IMG/VR virus record: IMGVR_UViG_3300029305_004606
Location: 96,001-160,000 of that record
Direction: 5' to 3' (one strand)
Source of the DNA: a virus
Taxonomy: Duplodnaviria > Caudoviricetes
Length of the DNA: 64,000 nucleotides
Shown here: positions 1 to 9,377 of the stretch, piece by piece
Position numbering within the stretch: position 1 is the stretch's first letter
Layout of the letters: every line of letters starts with the position of its first letter
The notes under the pieces: generated by a model
What the model was told of the DNA's origin: nothing
Database searches by the model: none
Seen by the model: the letters and a program-made list of their open reading frames with translations, nothing else
Translations under genes and position numbers: made by a program

Positions 1-2
1 TT

Positions 3-119
3 TGGGTTATCGAGGAATTTGGTTTAAAAAGAGAATATATCAAGATTGCTAAGCATCAGGAAGAAAAAGAGAGAATAAAAATACAGAAGGAGAAAGAGAA
101 AAATGATCAAGCAAATTAA
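3..119 (+). CDS. 3' end of a hypothetical protein (partial, runs off window start)
   Basis: Open frame 3-119 (WVIEEFGLKREYIKIAKHQEEKERIKIQKEKEKNDQAN*), overlapping the start of the next gene. Confidence 0.6.
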   Translation, partial: WVIEEFGLKREYIKIAKHQEEKERIKIQKEKEKNDQAN

Positions 120-537
120 AGGTGACATGTTTAATTATGTAACTGAGAATGATTATATTGCACATTGTATCTCAGCAGATTTTGCTCTCGGTGCCGGAAT
201 TGCTAAAACAATTGATCTTAAATATGGTATTAGATCCACGTTATTATCTAATCCAGATTATAAGAAAAATTACAAAGATGGAAATGGATATGTTATTGCT
301 ACAGGTCATATATTTAATTTGGTTACTAAAGCCAGATACAATGATAAACCTACATATGCTAGTTTAGATAATGCCCTTATAAAGTTAGCTGAACTTTGTA
401 AATGTAGAAAAATTGATACTATTCATATGCCCAGAATAGGATGCGGTTTAGACAGATTACATTGGGATCTTGTATTTCCTATGATTTGTAGAATCTTTAC
501 AGAGTACGGTATCAATGTAACAATTTATCATTTGTAA
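103..537 (+). CDS. Macrodomain (ADP-ribose binding/hydrolase, TARG1/DarG-like) protein
   Basis: IKGDMF...IAHCISADFALGAGIAK...IFNLVTK...IHMPRIGCGLDRLHW motifs typical of TARG1-type macrodomains; AGGAG RBS. Confidence 0.88.
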   Translation: MIKQIKGDMFNYVTENDYIAHCISADFALGAGIAKTIDLKYGIRSTLLSNPDYKKNYKDGNGYVIATGHIFNLVTKARYNDKPTYASLDNALIKLAELCKCRKIDTIHMPRIGCGLDRLHWDLVFPMICRIFTEYGINVTIYHL

Positions 538-548
538 TGAGGAGGATT

Positions 549-578
549 ATGGATAGATATATTAAAAAATATTATTAG
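549..578 (+). CDS. Possible 9-aa minigene or gene remnant (MDRYIKKYY)
   Basis: GAGGAGG directly upstream of ATG 549; TAG at 576-578; followed by the RBS of the next gene. Confidence 0.3.
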   Translation: MDRYIKKYY

Positions 579-593
579 AAGGAGGAAAATAAT

Positions 594-1136
594 ATGTACG
601 ATATCAAGAAATTAGTTCATGGTAATCATGTAACGGTTGAAGAGGTGATTGAACAATTGAAAAAATTACCTCAAAAAGCAGTGTTTACTTGTTGTGGTGA
701 CGAATATTTATTTATTCATGTTGAAGAAGATGGATCTGTAGTTACTCTTGATAATGAGATTCTTTGTGAAGTTGGAGCTTATCCTGATGATATATTGGAT
801 GTATTTCCTAATGATAACGAGGTTCCTAGATTTGGTGGGTCTCTTCATAGAAATATGATTCAGGTAAGATATTATCCAGATGAACGTGAAAAAGCTAGAT
901 GTAAAGAGCATGAGTATGATCTTATAGAAGGTTGTATGTATTGGATGACTGAAGATGATTATATAACAGAATCTCAGTTAGTAGATATTTATAGTGGAAT
1001 CTTTACTGAAAATGGTCCTGTTGGAACTGTTATCCGGTCATGTTTAAAAACAACAGGTAACAAATATTGTTACAAAGATTATTTATTAGCACAGGAGGAT
1101 GAAAATCATGAGATTAGCAAAGATAACTCAAACTGA
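594..1136 (+). CDS. Hypothetical protein
   Basis: 180-aa ORF with AAGGAGG RBS. Confidence 0.8.
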   Translation: MYDIKKLVHGNHVTVEEVIEQLKKLPQKAVFTCCGDEYLFIHVEEDGSVVTLDNEILCEVGAYPDDILDVFPNDNEVPRFGGSLHRNMIQVRYYPDEREKARCKEHEYDLIEGCMYWMTEDDYITESQLVDIYSGIFTENGPVGTVIRSCLKTTGNKYCYKDYLLAQEDENHEISKDNSN

Positions 1137-1695
1137 TCAAAGACAAAGTTTAGGTAGATCGTATGTTGCATTTGCCAATCAAGGTGTTGAATTTGGTCTT
1201 TTCTTTAGATTGCCTATAAGAAAAATAATATATTCATCGGCGGATTATTATCAGACAGGATTTTATCTCTCAGATTATATTGCTATATGTAAATCAAAAT
1301 TAAAAAGAGTGTGGCAATATCTTCTCGGTAATAAACAAGCAGTATTTAATGCACTTGATCCTGAGTATTTTAATAATGAAGAAAATATCGGTATAGAGGT
1401 TAACAAGTTTGTTTTTCCAATATATTTTAAAAGATATTATCAGGAAATTACATGTATCAATATGGATGATGATGTAGATACTGTTATCGAGTGGATAGAA
1501 TCATATGGATATCATGATAAGTATACACATGATCTTGGCGATTGTATCAAAGAAGTAACAAAAATTCATTTTAAGTACAAAATGACTGATACTAAAATAA
1601 GAACTGGCAAGAAGTATCTTTATACTCATATGATAGGTATGATCGAACTGGTAAAACTTATTGAATCGAAAGTAAAAGTCACAGAAGATGGTTAG
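1108..1695 (+). CDS. Hypothetical protein
   Basis: ORF 1099-1695; AGGAGG spacing favours ATG 1108. Confidence 0.75.
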   Translation: MRLAKITQTDQRQSLGRSYVAFANQGVEFGLFFRLPIRKIIYSSADYYQTGFYLSDYIAICKSKLKRVWQYLLGNKQAVFNALDPEYFNNEENIGIEVNKFVFPIYFKRYYQEITCINMDDDVDTVIEWIESYGYHDKYTHDLGDCIKEVTKIHFKYKMTDTKIRTGKKYLYTHMIGMIELVKLIESKVKVTEDG

Positions 1696-1713
1696 AAAAG
1701 GAGATATGGTACC

Positions 1714-2097
1714 ATGGATAAAATTGAAGCAATTTGTATTAATCATTTGGGTGTTTCTAGATCGTTTACAACTACAGCAATAGGACGCAGTCCTAATTCA
1801 GATAGATTTAGAAAAATGTATTTGTTCAATAGATTCTACCCTGAAGCTACTGCAACTTTCACGGAAATATGTGACACTGATATTACAGATATTGATAATG
1901 GTTTTGAAACTAGATGTTTGTGTCATTCTAGTAATAATGTAACTTTAACTGTTAAAGATTATGATAAAGAAACGGGGAACTGTGTAGATTGTGTAATTAT
2001 TTTACCATTTGATGTTGCTTTGTTTCTTGGTCTTGATCCAGGTGTAGATGTTATTGGAACAGTAATCTTATTCAAGGAGGATACAAATGATGACTAA
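1714..2097 (+). CDS. Hypothetical protein
   Basis: 127-aa ORF, AAGGAG RBS, operon context. Confidence 0.75.
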   Translation: MDKIEAICINHLGVSRSFTTTAIGRSPNSDRFRKMYLFNRFYPEATATFTEICDTDITDIDNGFETRCLCHSSNNVTLTVKDYDKETGNCVDCVIILPFDVALFLGLDPGVDVIGTVILFKEDTNDD

Positions 2098-2398
2098 AAA
2101 TAAGAAAATTATGAAACTTTTTGAAGACTCTGTTAGAGATATCAGAATTCTTAAGAGAGCTGCTAAACAAATTAGAGATAAGTTTATATCAGCGGACAAA
2201 GATATTTCTGAAATTCTTAAATGGATTATAAAGACTGAACTTGACTCGAAAAGTACACATCATGTATGTTTAACAATTCATACCTGTAATTCGGAACAAG
2301 CTCAAAAGTTAAGAGATATAGGTTTTACAGTAACTGAAGATAGAAATGAATTTGGACAACTTTGTGGTCATGATATAAGTTGGGAGGCGGTAGAATGA
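2087..2398 (+). CDS. Hypothetical protein
   Basis: 103-aa ORF, AAGGAGG RBS, overlaps neighbours. Confidence 0.75.
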   Translation: MMTKNKKIMKLFEDSVRDIRILKRAAKQIRDKFISADKDISEILKWIIKTELDSKSTHHVCLTIHTCNSEQAQKLRDIGFTVTEDRNEFGQLCGHDISWEAVE

Positions 2399-3342
2399 AA
2401 GTACCTAATATTATTTCAGGATATAATGAAGAAACAAAACAGTTTACTTATATTCTTGAAGGAAATACTTGTAATTATAATTTATCTAGATTGCTTGCTA
2501 TGCCTGCAGTTTCAGATATCTTTTCTAGTTTTCAATATAGAAAGGATATAGTATTTTGTAATGGTGTTATTCAGAAAGGTTTTCAGAAAATGATTAATAT
2601 GATTCCTGAAGATATCATTCTGAAATTTCTTCATACTATGGATAGTAAAGCAAATATAGATAATATAGAAGACAGATCTAATTTGGAATATTGTTCTCTT
2701 AGTATGTATATAGATGATGATGTTGCTCATCAAAATATCCCTGCTATATTTTTCGATTTCAATAAACATATTCCGGGTTGTAGAAAGTCTGGAAAGATTA
2801 TTATACTTGGTGAATTTATTATTACAGTGCTAATATATCCTGGTGTAGTGGATATAGATCATCCTGAAAATAACAGGATTTATACAGATTATACTATCTA
2901 TGATCGAAAAGATATAAGCAAATTTATATATTCTCTTACCGGTGTTAATTATGACACCAAGTTTTTTATGGTTGATAATTTTCCAGCATATCCTCATATT
3001 AGGGAAGTAATTAAGAAAACAATTAATCTTGACCCTAACCATGTAATTCATCATCATACTATTGTCTATGCTAATACTTACGATGAACGAGCATTTGTTC
3101 AAGCAATTGATATTGTACATGATATGGACGATATGGGTGGTATTCATATATTAGATAATTATTTTGAACCATCTATAACAAAGATATTATTGGCTATTGG
3201 TGAAGATATTCCGGAAAATTTTGAGAGACTTAAATCTATTGTAACTTATAATGAGCTGGAGAACAGTTCCGTATATGATTTGTTTGGAAATCATGCAACT
3301 TTTAAACAATTTAAAGATTCAATTTCTATTAGGAGGGATTAA
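2395..3342 (+). CDS. Hypothetical protein
   Basis: ORF 2380-3342; GGGAGG precedes ATG 2395 (ATGA overlap with upstream stop). Confidence 0.75.
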   Translation: MKVPNIISGYNEETKQFTYILEGNTCNYNLSRLLAMPAVSDIFSSFQYRKDIVFCNGVIQKGFQKMINMIPEDIILKFLHTMDSKANIDNIEDRSNLEYCSLSMYIDDDVAHQNIPAIFFDFNKHIPGCRKSGKIIILGEFIITVLIYPGVVDIDHPENNRIYTDYTIYDRKDISKFIYSLTGVNYDTKFFMVDNFPAYPHIREVIKKTINLDPNHVIHHHTIVYANTYDERAFVQAIDIVHDMDDMGGIHILDNYFEPSITKILLAIGEDIPENFERLKSIVTYNELENSSVYDLFGNHATFKQFKDSISIRRD

Positions 3343-3343
3343 A

Positions 3344-4063
3344 ATGTCCGCAAAATACGATTTAAACACTATGGCTGCTCTTGGTAATTTGTTCGAAGGT
3401 ACTATGTTTGATAAAGTATTCAAAGAAACTTTCACGAAAACATTTGCAGAACTTAAAGAAACAACAGATGGAATTACAGCTTTTCAAAAGGCTAATGCTG
3501 CAGCTACTGCACAATCTATAAGATTTCTCCCGTTATTGATGAGAATCAATTATTTACTTAATAGCTTAGTAAAGATTGATGAAGTTAAGAATGAAGATGT
3601 AGGGGATATCGATCCATTGGTAGATTGGGATTTTATTAACCAGATTCTTACAGATAATATTGAACCTTCAGATTACAATTGTGGTGAAAGGAAAGTAAAT
3701 TCTGTCGAAGAATTGAAACAGTATAAGATTGATATTGAACTTGCGTTATCTGATATTCAGCCTTGGATAATAAGAAAATGTAAACAGTGTGGAGAAGAAT
3801 TTTCTATATTTTTCTCTGAAGCAGAATATTTCAATCAGAAAGAAATGCAGCTTCCTAAAAGATGTAAGAAATGTCGAAAAGCTAGAAAGGATGCAGCTAA
3901 TAAGAAGATTGATGAATCTCATCAGGCATTGGCAAAAGCTATACTTGATGATGTACACAATAAAGCAGAAGAAATTACAAAGAGTATAGAGGAAGCTAAA
4001 GAAGAGCGTAAGAAGTTCGGATCTGCTTCTATGGCTGATGCTTTGAAGAGAGCTGGTTTTTAA
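3344..4063 (+). CDS. Zinc-ribbon (zf-trcl-like) domain protein
   Basis: CKQCGEEFSIFFSEAEYFNQKEMQLPKRCKKCR matches the CxxCG..F.....E..FY......PKRCxxCR zinc-ribbon pattern; AGGAGG precedes ATG 3344. Confidence 0.8.
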   Translation: MSAKYDLNTMAALGNLFEGTMFDKVFKETFTKTFAELKETTDGITAFQKANAAATAQSIRFLPLLMRINYLLNSLVKIDEVKNEDVGDIDPLVDWDFINQILTDNIEPSDYNCGERKVNSVEELKQYKIDIELALSDIQPWIIRKCKQCGEEFSIFFSEAEYFNQKEMQLPKRCKKCRKARKDAANKKIDESHQALAKAILDDVHNKAEEITKSIEEAKEERKKFGSASMADALKRAGF

Positions 4064-4097
4064 TAAGAAATTAAATTTAATATGGTACCATAATAAC

Positions 4098-4123
4098 ACC
4101 CTCTAGGTTTTGACCTAGAGGGT
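4098..4123 (+). other. Intergenic stem-loop without U-tract
   Basis: ACCCTCTAGGT-TTTG-ACCTAGAGGGT, just upstream of the RBS of the 4143 gene. Confidence 0.6.
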
Positions 4124-4142
4124 ACAAAGGAGCGAATAAACT

Positions 4143-5672
4143 ATGAAGAGAAAATATAATGAAATCGAAAGAGGATTGTTAAAAGTAAATCCAATGTACA
4201 AGTCTGCTATAGATACATTCTATGAAGTGGATAAGAAATATGTTAAAGAAGAATTATATGCAGATTATACAGGAAAAGAAAATGATTTATTAATTATCCT
4301 GTATTATCGAACACTCTGTAAAGTGTATAGAGAGTGTGAAAAAATTGGTAGCTTTAGAAACTTTGACGATATTGTTGGTTCTGTAACTATAAAAGTTACA
4401 GAATATATTTTGTCTAAGCATTCTATAGTAAATACATCAGGTAAAATTGCAGATTATGTGAGAGTTGTTATGAAAGATTTGGAACCAATTGTAGACACAT
4501 TTGTTCCACTTAGACAATGTAAAGATATAGAATCGCATAGTAACGTTGAAGATGCTTATATAGAGTCAGAAATTGTAGATAAGATGATCGATATTGTATA
4601 TCATAATCTAACCATAAGAGAACAAAAAATTCTTGAAGATATTGCAGATGATTATACTCTTAAAGAAATGGGAGAGAAATATAATGTAACTATTCATAGA
4701 ATCTCTCAGATCAGAAATAAAGCATTCAGAAAGATTCGTACAAGAATGAGTAAATTTTTATCAGAGCCCACCATCAAAAGATCAACCAAAATATATTCAA
4801 CTGGAGCTAGGTTATCTAGTGATAAGAGTACAAGAAGTATAGAAGATCTTAAGATGATAAAATATATCGAAAGTCTTGATGAAAGACATGATATTGATGA
4901 TGACGACTGGTGCTTTGTATCATCTGATAGCTTGAGAAATAAATTATTTGACAGTATCGCTGTAACCAGATTTTGTATGTGTAATTTTGATACTAAAATA
5001 GATACATTGTATAATTTTTATAGAGATATTCCAAAAACAGAAGGTCTCTGTGATATTTATAACATATTTGCAAATTTTTGTAGGAATTATTATATTGGAA
5101 CAAATCTTTATCACAAATTGGAAAATAAATCATATATAGAAGCTATTTTGTTCCATTTATTCTTATCTTCTGTAGAATTTGCTATTATAAACGAAAATGC
5201 CTATGCAGGTATGCAAATGTATGAATGTATGGTATCAGAATATGGTGAGCGATTAAGTAAATATATTACTGTTGCAAAACCAATTATGGGATCAAACAAA
5301 TATGCTGTTATAAATTATATTGCTTTAGCAATGAGAATTTACAAGTGTTCAATCATTAGATTTGTAGATGGAAGATCTTTTTCTCGTAAAGATATATTAA
5401 AAGATTTATTATGTAAGGAAAGATTTTATGATAAATATACTAAATTTAGTAAGATCTGCACTTTTAATGATATTATGAAAGAAGTAGAAAAGTTTGGTAT
5501 AGATAAAATTGCAGCTCCTGGTATTATTCCAACTTATTCTTATTTTATTCAGGTTTTGGAGGATAGAATTTTGGATAAGAAGCTCCTGTCTAAAGTTTTA
5601 GATTTTCTTGTTAGCAATTATATTATAACCGAAGAAGCATCTGTAATTATTTTAAATAATGGAGGATTATAA
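4143..5672 (+). CDS. Sigma70 region-4 HTH-containing protein with long C-terminal extension
   Basis: LTIREQKIL...YTLKEMGEKYNVTIHRISQIRNKAFRKIR closely follows the sigma70 region 4.2 consensus. Confidence 0.75.
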   Translation: MKRKYNEIERGLLKVNPMYKSAIDTFYEVDKKYVKEELYADYTGKENDLLIILYYRTLCKVYRECEKIGSFRNFDDIVGSVTIKVTEYILSKHSIVNTSGKIADYVRVVMKDLEPIVDTFVPLRQCKDIESHSNVEDAYIESEIVDKMIDIVYHNLTIREQKILEDIADDYTLKEMGEKYNVTIHRISQIRNKAFRKIRTRMSKFLSEPTIKRSTKIYSTGARLSSDKSTRSIEDLKMIKYIESLDERHDIDDDDWCFVSSDSLRNKLFDSIAVTRFCMCNFDTKIDTLYNFYRDIPKTEGLCDIYNIFANFCRNYYIGTNLYHKLENKSYIEAILFHLFLSSVEFAIINENAYAGMQMYECMVSEYGERLSKYITVAKPIMGSNKYAVINYIALAMRIYKCSIIRFVDGRSFSRKDILKDLLCKERFYDKYTKFSKICTFNDIMKEVEKFGIDKIAAPGIIPTYSYFIQVLEDRILDKKLLSKVLDFLVSNYIITEEASVIILNNGGL

Positions 5673-7266
5673 AATTATGAAAGAAAGATTAATAAAATTA
5701 AATAATACCATTTTTAATGGTGAAAGATCCGCAAATGTTATTCAAATTAATTTAGTTAGAGATAAGAATTCTATACATGATCCTTATTCTCGTTTTGAAA
5801 TTGATCTTGATTTTGACAAGGTTGAAATTTCTCGTGGTATGATATTTTATGATGACCCTTCTACAGCTGGAATAGGAATATTTAAAGCTGATGGTGATGA
5901 ATCTAAACTTGCAGATGCTAGTAATATGTATCTTGTAAATAAGCTTAATTATATATTTTCTGGGTTATCTAGTTCTATTATCGGAAATGCTGATGCAAGA
6001 AGAGCAAATTTTCATGTTGCTTGGAATGATGAATTTGAAATTTATGAAGTATCTAATAATTTGCTGAATAATTCTCCTCTTGACGAGAAGATGGTAAAAC
6101 AGTTAGCAGCTTCTTCCGGTTCATTAAAAAGACATTTCGAGCAAAAGCTTGTAATTCCTAAAGAAGTAATTACTTTGCTTGTAGTTTATCCAAATACTGC
6201 AACAATTCCTCTTGTATTTGGTTATAATGTATCTTGTCCTGATGTAAATCTTATATTAGCCGATGATCCTACTTGTATATATTCATCATTTAAAGAACAG
6301 TTTGAATTCTATGATGAAGTTGTAACTATATCAAATCCTATGACAATCGGATTAGATTCTAATTATTGCAAAGTAAAAAATGCTATACATGTATTGGAAA
6401 ACGAGAAGATTGAAAGAGAAGTAGATCCCGAAACTGATCAGGTAAGATATATATATTCTACTGATAATATAACCGGTATGTTCTATGAGGATGGAACCGA
6501 TGCTGTATTTTATTTAAGAAATGAGCTCAATGAATATCTGTTATATGATTACAGTAAAAACTACAATGCAAACCAGTATAAATTCTTTGAAAGTTTATAT
6601 AAATCTGAAGAATTACATGATAAGGATTCGCTTGATGATTTTAGACTTCTGTTGATGGATTTATTTAGAGATAATTTCTTATGTAGTTATCTTCAGATTA
6701 TGCCTATGGGAGAATATAAAGTATACTTTGATAACAAGAATATTAGAACATATCATGTGTGGGTTAAAGATGAAATGCATGGATGTAATAAAGTGATTAC
6801 TTTATATGGTGGTGATTTTGTTATGATAAGAGAATTTTACAATTTACATCCACTTCATAAAGGTGATTTTTCTCTTGCAATTTTCAAAATAAACAAAGCT
6901 CCAGAAAGTGCTACAACTGTATTAAATTCTAAAGTCAAATTTGACTATGATTATGATGGATTTGTAGATATGTATTATTCTGGTAATATCGGAACTAAAT
7001 TTGCTTTTGAAGGAAATATTTCTGAGAGTGCTAAGGAGGAATCTCAGTTTAATCACAATGAAGTTGTTCAGAAATTTGGTTATCATTGCATTGATGTAGA
7101 AAATCTTATGATGGACAAATTGTACAATCATGTTGTAGGTAGCACTGTACCATTAATTAAGAAATACGATTCAATGTTCTATCCGGTAGATAAAATAGAT
7201 CAGATCATTATTCGTAATTATTTCGGTCTTCCTGTAAATCATAGATATATAAATATTAGAGTTTAA
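5659..7266 (+). CDS. Hypothetical protein
   Basis: 535-aa ORF; start may be ATG 5677 after GGAGG. Confidence 0.8.
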   Translation: MEDYKIMKERLIKLNNTIFNGERSANVIQINLVRDKNSIHDPYSRFEIDLDFDKVEISRGMIFYDDPSTAGIGIFKADGDESKLADASNMYLVNKLNYIFSGLSSSIIGNADARRANFHVAWNDEFEIYEVSNNLLNNSPLDEKMVKQLAASSGSLKRHFEQKLVIPKEVITLLVVYPNTATIPLVFGYNVSCPDVNLILADDPTCIYSSFKEQFEFYDEVVTISNPMTIGLDSNYCKVKNAIHVLENEKIEREVDPETDQVRYIYSTDNITGMFYEDGTDAVFYLRNELNEYLLYDYSKNYNANQYKFFESLYKSEELHDKDSLDDFRLLLMDLFRDNFLCSYLQIMPMGEYKVYFDNKNIRTYHVWVKDEMHGCNKVITLYGGDFVMIREFYNLHPLHKGDFSLAIFKINKAPESATTVLNSKVKFDYDYDGFVDMYYSGNIGTKFAFEGNISESAKEESQFNHNEVVQKFGYHCIDVENLMMDKLYNHVVGSTVPLIKKYDSMFYPVDKIDQIIIRNYFGLPVNHRYINIRV

Positions 7267-7276
7267 TCTTTTCTTT

Positions 7277-7312
7277 ATCCGGGGCAAAAATAACTGCCCC
7301 GGATTCTTTTTT
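7277..7312 (+). terminator. Intrinsic terminator
   Basis: ATCCGGGGCA/TGCCCCGGAT stem followed by TCTTTTTT. Confidence 0.85.
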
Positions 7313-7354
7313 GCTATTTTATTAGTAGTAATTGTAAGAAAATACATCGTTATT

Positions 7355-7368
7355 GACATATCTATAAT
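7355..7368 (+). promoter_or_regulatory. Late-type phage promoter (GACA-N6-TAAT)
   Basis: Matches the motif recurring upstream of about 16 transcription units in this window. Confidence 0.55.
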
Positions 7369-7393
7369 AAATATATGAAAGGATGTAGTAACG

Positions 7394-8107
7394 ATGATTT
7401 TTAATAATGAATTTATTGATCCTAAATCTAGTAATTTCGTTATAGATATGATAAAAAATCCAGATACATTGAATATATTCAGTGATGCTTCTATGAGAGC
7501 TAGATCAAAAAATATACTTGATACTTGTTATGGTTCAGTAGCTGTTAATAAAGATACAATAATAGATGAAAAATTTAGATTGAGTTCAGAATCTACAGTT
7601 CCAGCTGCAGAAATAAGAGGTATTAGATGCTCATTAAGTTTAGCTTTACAATATAGACATCAGTATAAAGTTATAAATATCTTCTCAGACTCTCAAGTTG
7701 CATTATTTAGTTTAAGAGATTATGTTTATGGTTGGAAGTATAGAAGTGATGGACATATTTACAATAAATCTGCTAAAGTGGTAAAAAACGAAGAATTATT
7801 TGTAGAATGTTTCCAGCTATTACAGGAATTAAGAAAGACAAATATAGTTAATTTATATCACCAACCTGGACATGTTGAAAATGGATTAGAAAATCTTAGA
7901 TATGGTATTAGCGTTTTCAAAAAATCAAATGGTATTTTAGGAACTGTTGATTATAATACTATTAGATACATATCTCTGTACAATAACTATGTAGATAGCA
8001 AGTCTAGATCTTTTATAAGAGGGATAAATATATATGAGAATACTTTTTGTGACCCATTAATATTTTACCCAAAGCCTGACATTTTTAATAATATACGGTA
8101 TATCTAA
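7394..8107 (+). CDS. rnhA: Ribonuclease HI
   Basis: IFSDAS...AAEIRGI...IFSDSQVA...VKNEEL...HQPGH...NNYVD: RNase HI D/E/D/H/D residues. Confidence 0.88.
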   Translation: MIFNNEFIDPKSSNFVIDMIKNPDTLNIFSDASMRARSKNILDTCYGSVAVNKDTIIDEKFRLSSESTVPAAEIRGIRCSLSLALQYRHQYKVINIFSDSQVALFSLRDYVYGWKYRSDGHIYNKSAKVVKNEELFVECFQLLQELRKTNIVNLYHQPGHVENGLENLRYGISVFKKSNGILGTVDYNTIRYISLYNNYVDSKSRSFIRGINIYENTFCDPLIFYPKPDIFNNIRYI

Positions 8108-8118
8108 AACCGTATGAA

Positions 8119-8131
8119 ATTATATATTATA
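8119..8131 (+). promoter_or_regulatory. Early-type phage promoter (ATTATATATTATA)
   Basis: Exact 13-mer repeated upstream of several + strand genes; resembles the TATATTAC-type early motif of phiKZ-related phages. Confidence 0.7.
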
Positions 8132-8163
8132 TAATAAATAAGAGTAAAGGAGATTGAACTATT

Positions 8164-9123
8164 ATGGATCAGAAGATGCAAAATTTTTCAGAAAACAGGG
8201 AAACAATAGTCCCTATTACTTTTGTGAACGGTAACATTAGAGCAACTGAAGAGTTGAATTCTATGTTTACTCTTCCTTACGATTTGGCAGTTCTTGGTAG
8301 AGCAACAACTTTGGATGGTTGCGAGAATATTGCAAAATCTGGACAGGTTTCAGAGCCTGTGTTTAAGTCATTTGCTATGGATGTAGTTAGAATGAATAAG
8401 AACAACTTTGAGGATGCAATTAAAGTTTATTTGCTTATGAACTGTAGAGAATTTATTTATTCATTCGTATGTCATATGATGAATAATATCTGCGATGTTC
8501 AGGCAAATCCTAATTACAGACCGGCTGATGACGATGATTATGATGATGGATATTATTCTTCACCTTATTATATCAATGACAGAGATATTGATAAGTTGGT
8601 TCTTGATCATCTTAATACTTTTGTATTTGCTACATCTACAAATGGTGATATGACAAAAATATATTATTACCAGTTGATGAACAGTTTGTATTTCCAGGTT
8701 GTAGCATTTGTAGATGGTCTTATTAGAGCTACTTCTTTCAGAAGATATACAAGAAATAACAGAGTGTTCAATAAACTGGTAGAAAAGGTATATGGACCTA
8801 ACAATGGTATTGATCCTAAGACTTTAACAGCAGAATTCAGATATACATTTTCTACTTCTATTATGAGAGAGATGGCTGAAAAGGAACTTCCTGTATTATA
8901 TCAGGGATTACACAAAATCTTTATGACAGCAGCATCTATGGCTTGTATTGATGCTATTCCTAATGGTAGAGAAGAAATCTTCGGAGCAGCTCAGCCTCAG
9001 ATTCCTGATCATCAACATGAATGTATGTGTGGTGGAAATTGTCATCATGAAGAGCAGCCTAGTCCGGCAGCTTCAGCAATTCCTCCTACTCCTAAAGGAT
9101 TTGGAAGAGGAAAACGTAAATAA
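8164..9123 (+). CDS. Hypothetical early protein with C-terminal His/Cys cluster
   Basis: 319-aa ORF, AAGGAG RBS, HQHECMCGGNCHH near the C-terminus. Confidence 0.8.
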   Translation: MDQKMQNFSENRETIVPITFVNGNIRATEELNSMFTLPYDLAVLGRATTLDGCENIAKSGQVSEPVFKSFAMDVVRMNKNNFEDAIKVYLLMNCREFIYSFVCHMMNNICDVQANPNYRPADDDDYDDGYYSSPYYINDRDIDKLVLDHLNTFVFATSTNGDMTKIYYYQLMNSLYFQVVAFVDGLIRATSFRRYTRNNRVFNKLVEKVYGPNNGIDPKTLTAEFRYTFSTSIMREMAEKELPVLYQGLHKIFMTAASMACIDAIPNGREEIFGAAQPQIPDHQHECMCGGNCHHEEQPSPAASAIPPTPKGFGRGKRK

Positions 9124-9143
9124 ATTAAAAGAGGTGAATGTCA

Positions 9144-9329
9144 ATGAATATTATGGAGAACAATCCTAACAATGTACTTAAGCCTAATCTTAAGACATTA
9201 TTAGCCGAGCGTCAGGAACTTGATGCAGAGAGAAAAGCTAGTAAGAGTTTCTTTGAAAGAATGAAAATCTCTAGCAAAATAGCTGCAGTTGATAAGCAGA
9301 TAGCTAGTATTGATCTGAAGACCAAGTAG
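9144..9329 (+). CDS. Small hypothetical coiled-coil protein
   Basis: ORF 9138-9329; GAGGTG spacing favours ATG 9144. Confidence 0.65.
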   Translation: MNIMENNPNNVLKPNLKTLLAERQELDAERKASKSFFERMKISSKIAAVDKQIASIDLKTK

Positions 9330-9336
9330 TACTATG

Positions 9337-9349
9337 ATTATATATTATA
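9337..9349 (+). promoter_or_regulatory. Early-type phage promoter (ATTATATATTATA)
   Basis: Exact motif upstream of the RBS of the 9378 gene. Confidence 0.7.
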
Positions 9350-9377
9350 ATTATGGTATAAAAGGAGGCATATAATT

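Noticed and set aside
7353-7368. TTGACA next to TATAAT as a sigma70 promoter
   Set aside because: Spacer is only 4 nt; better explained as the phage late-type motif
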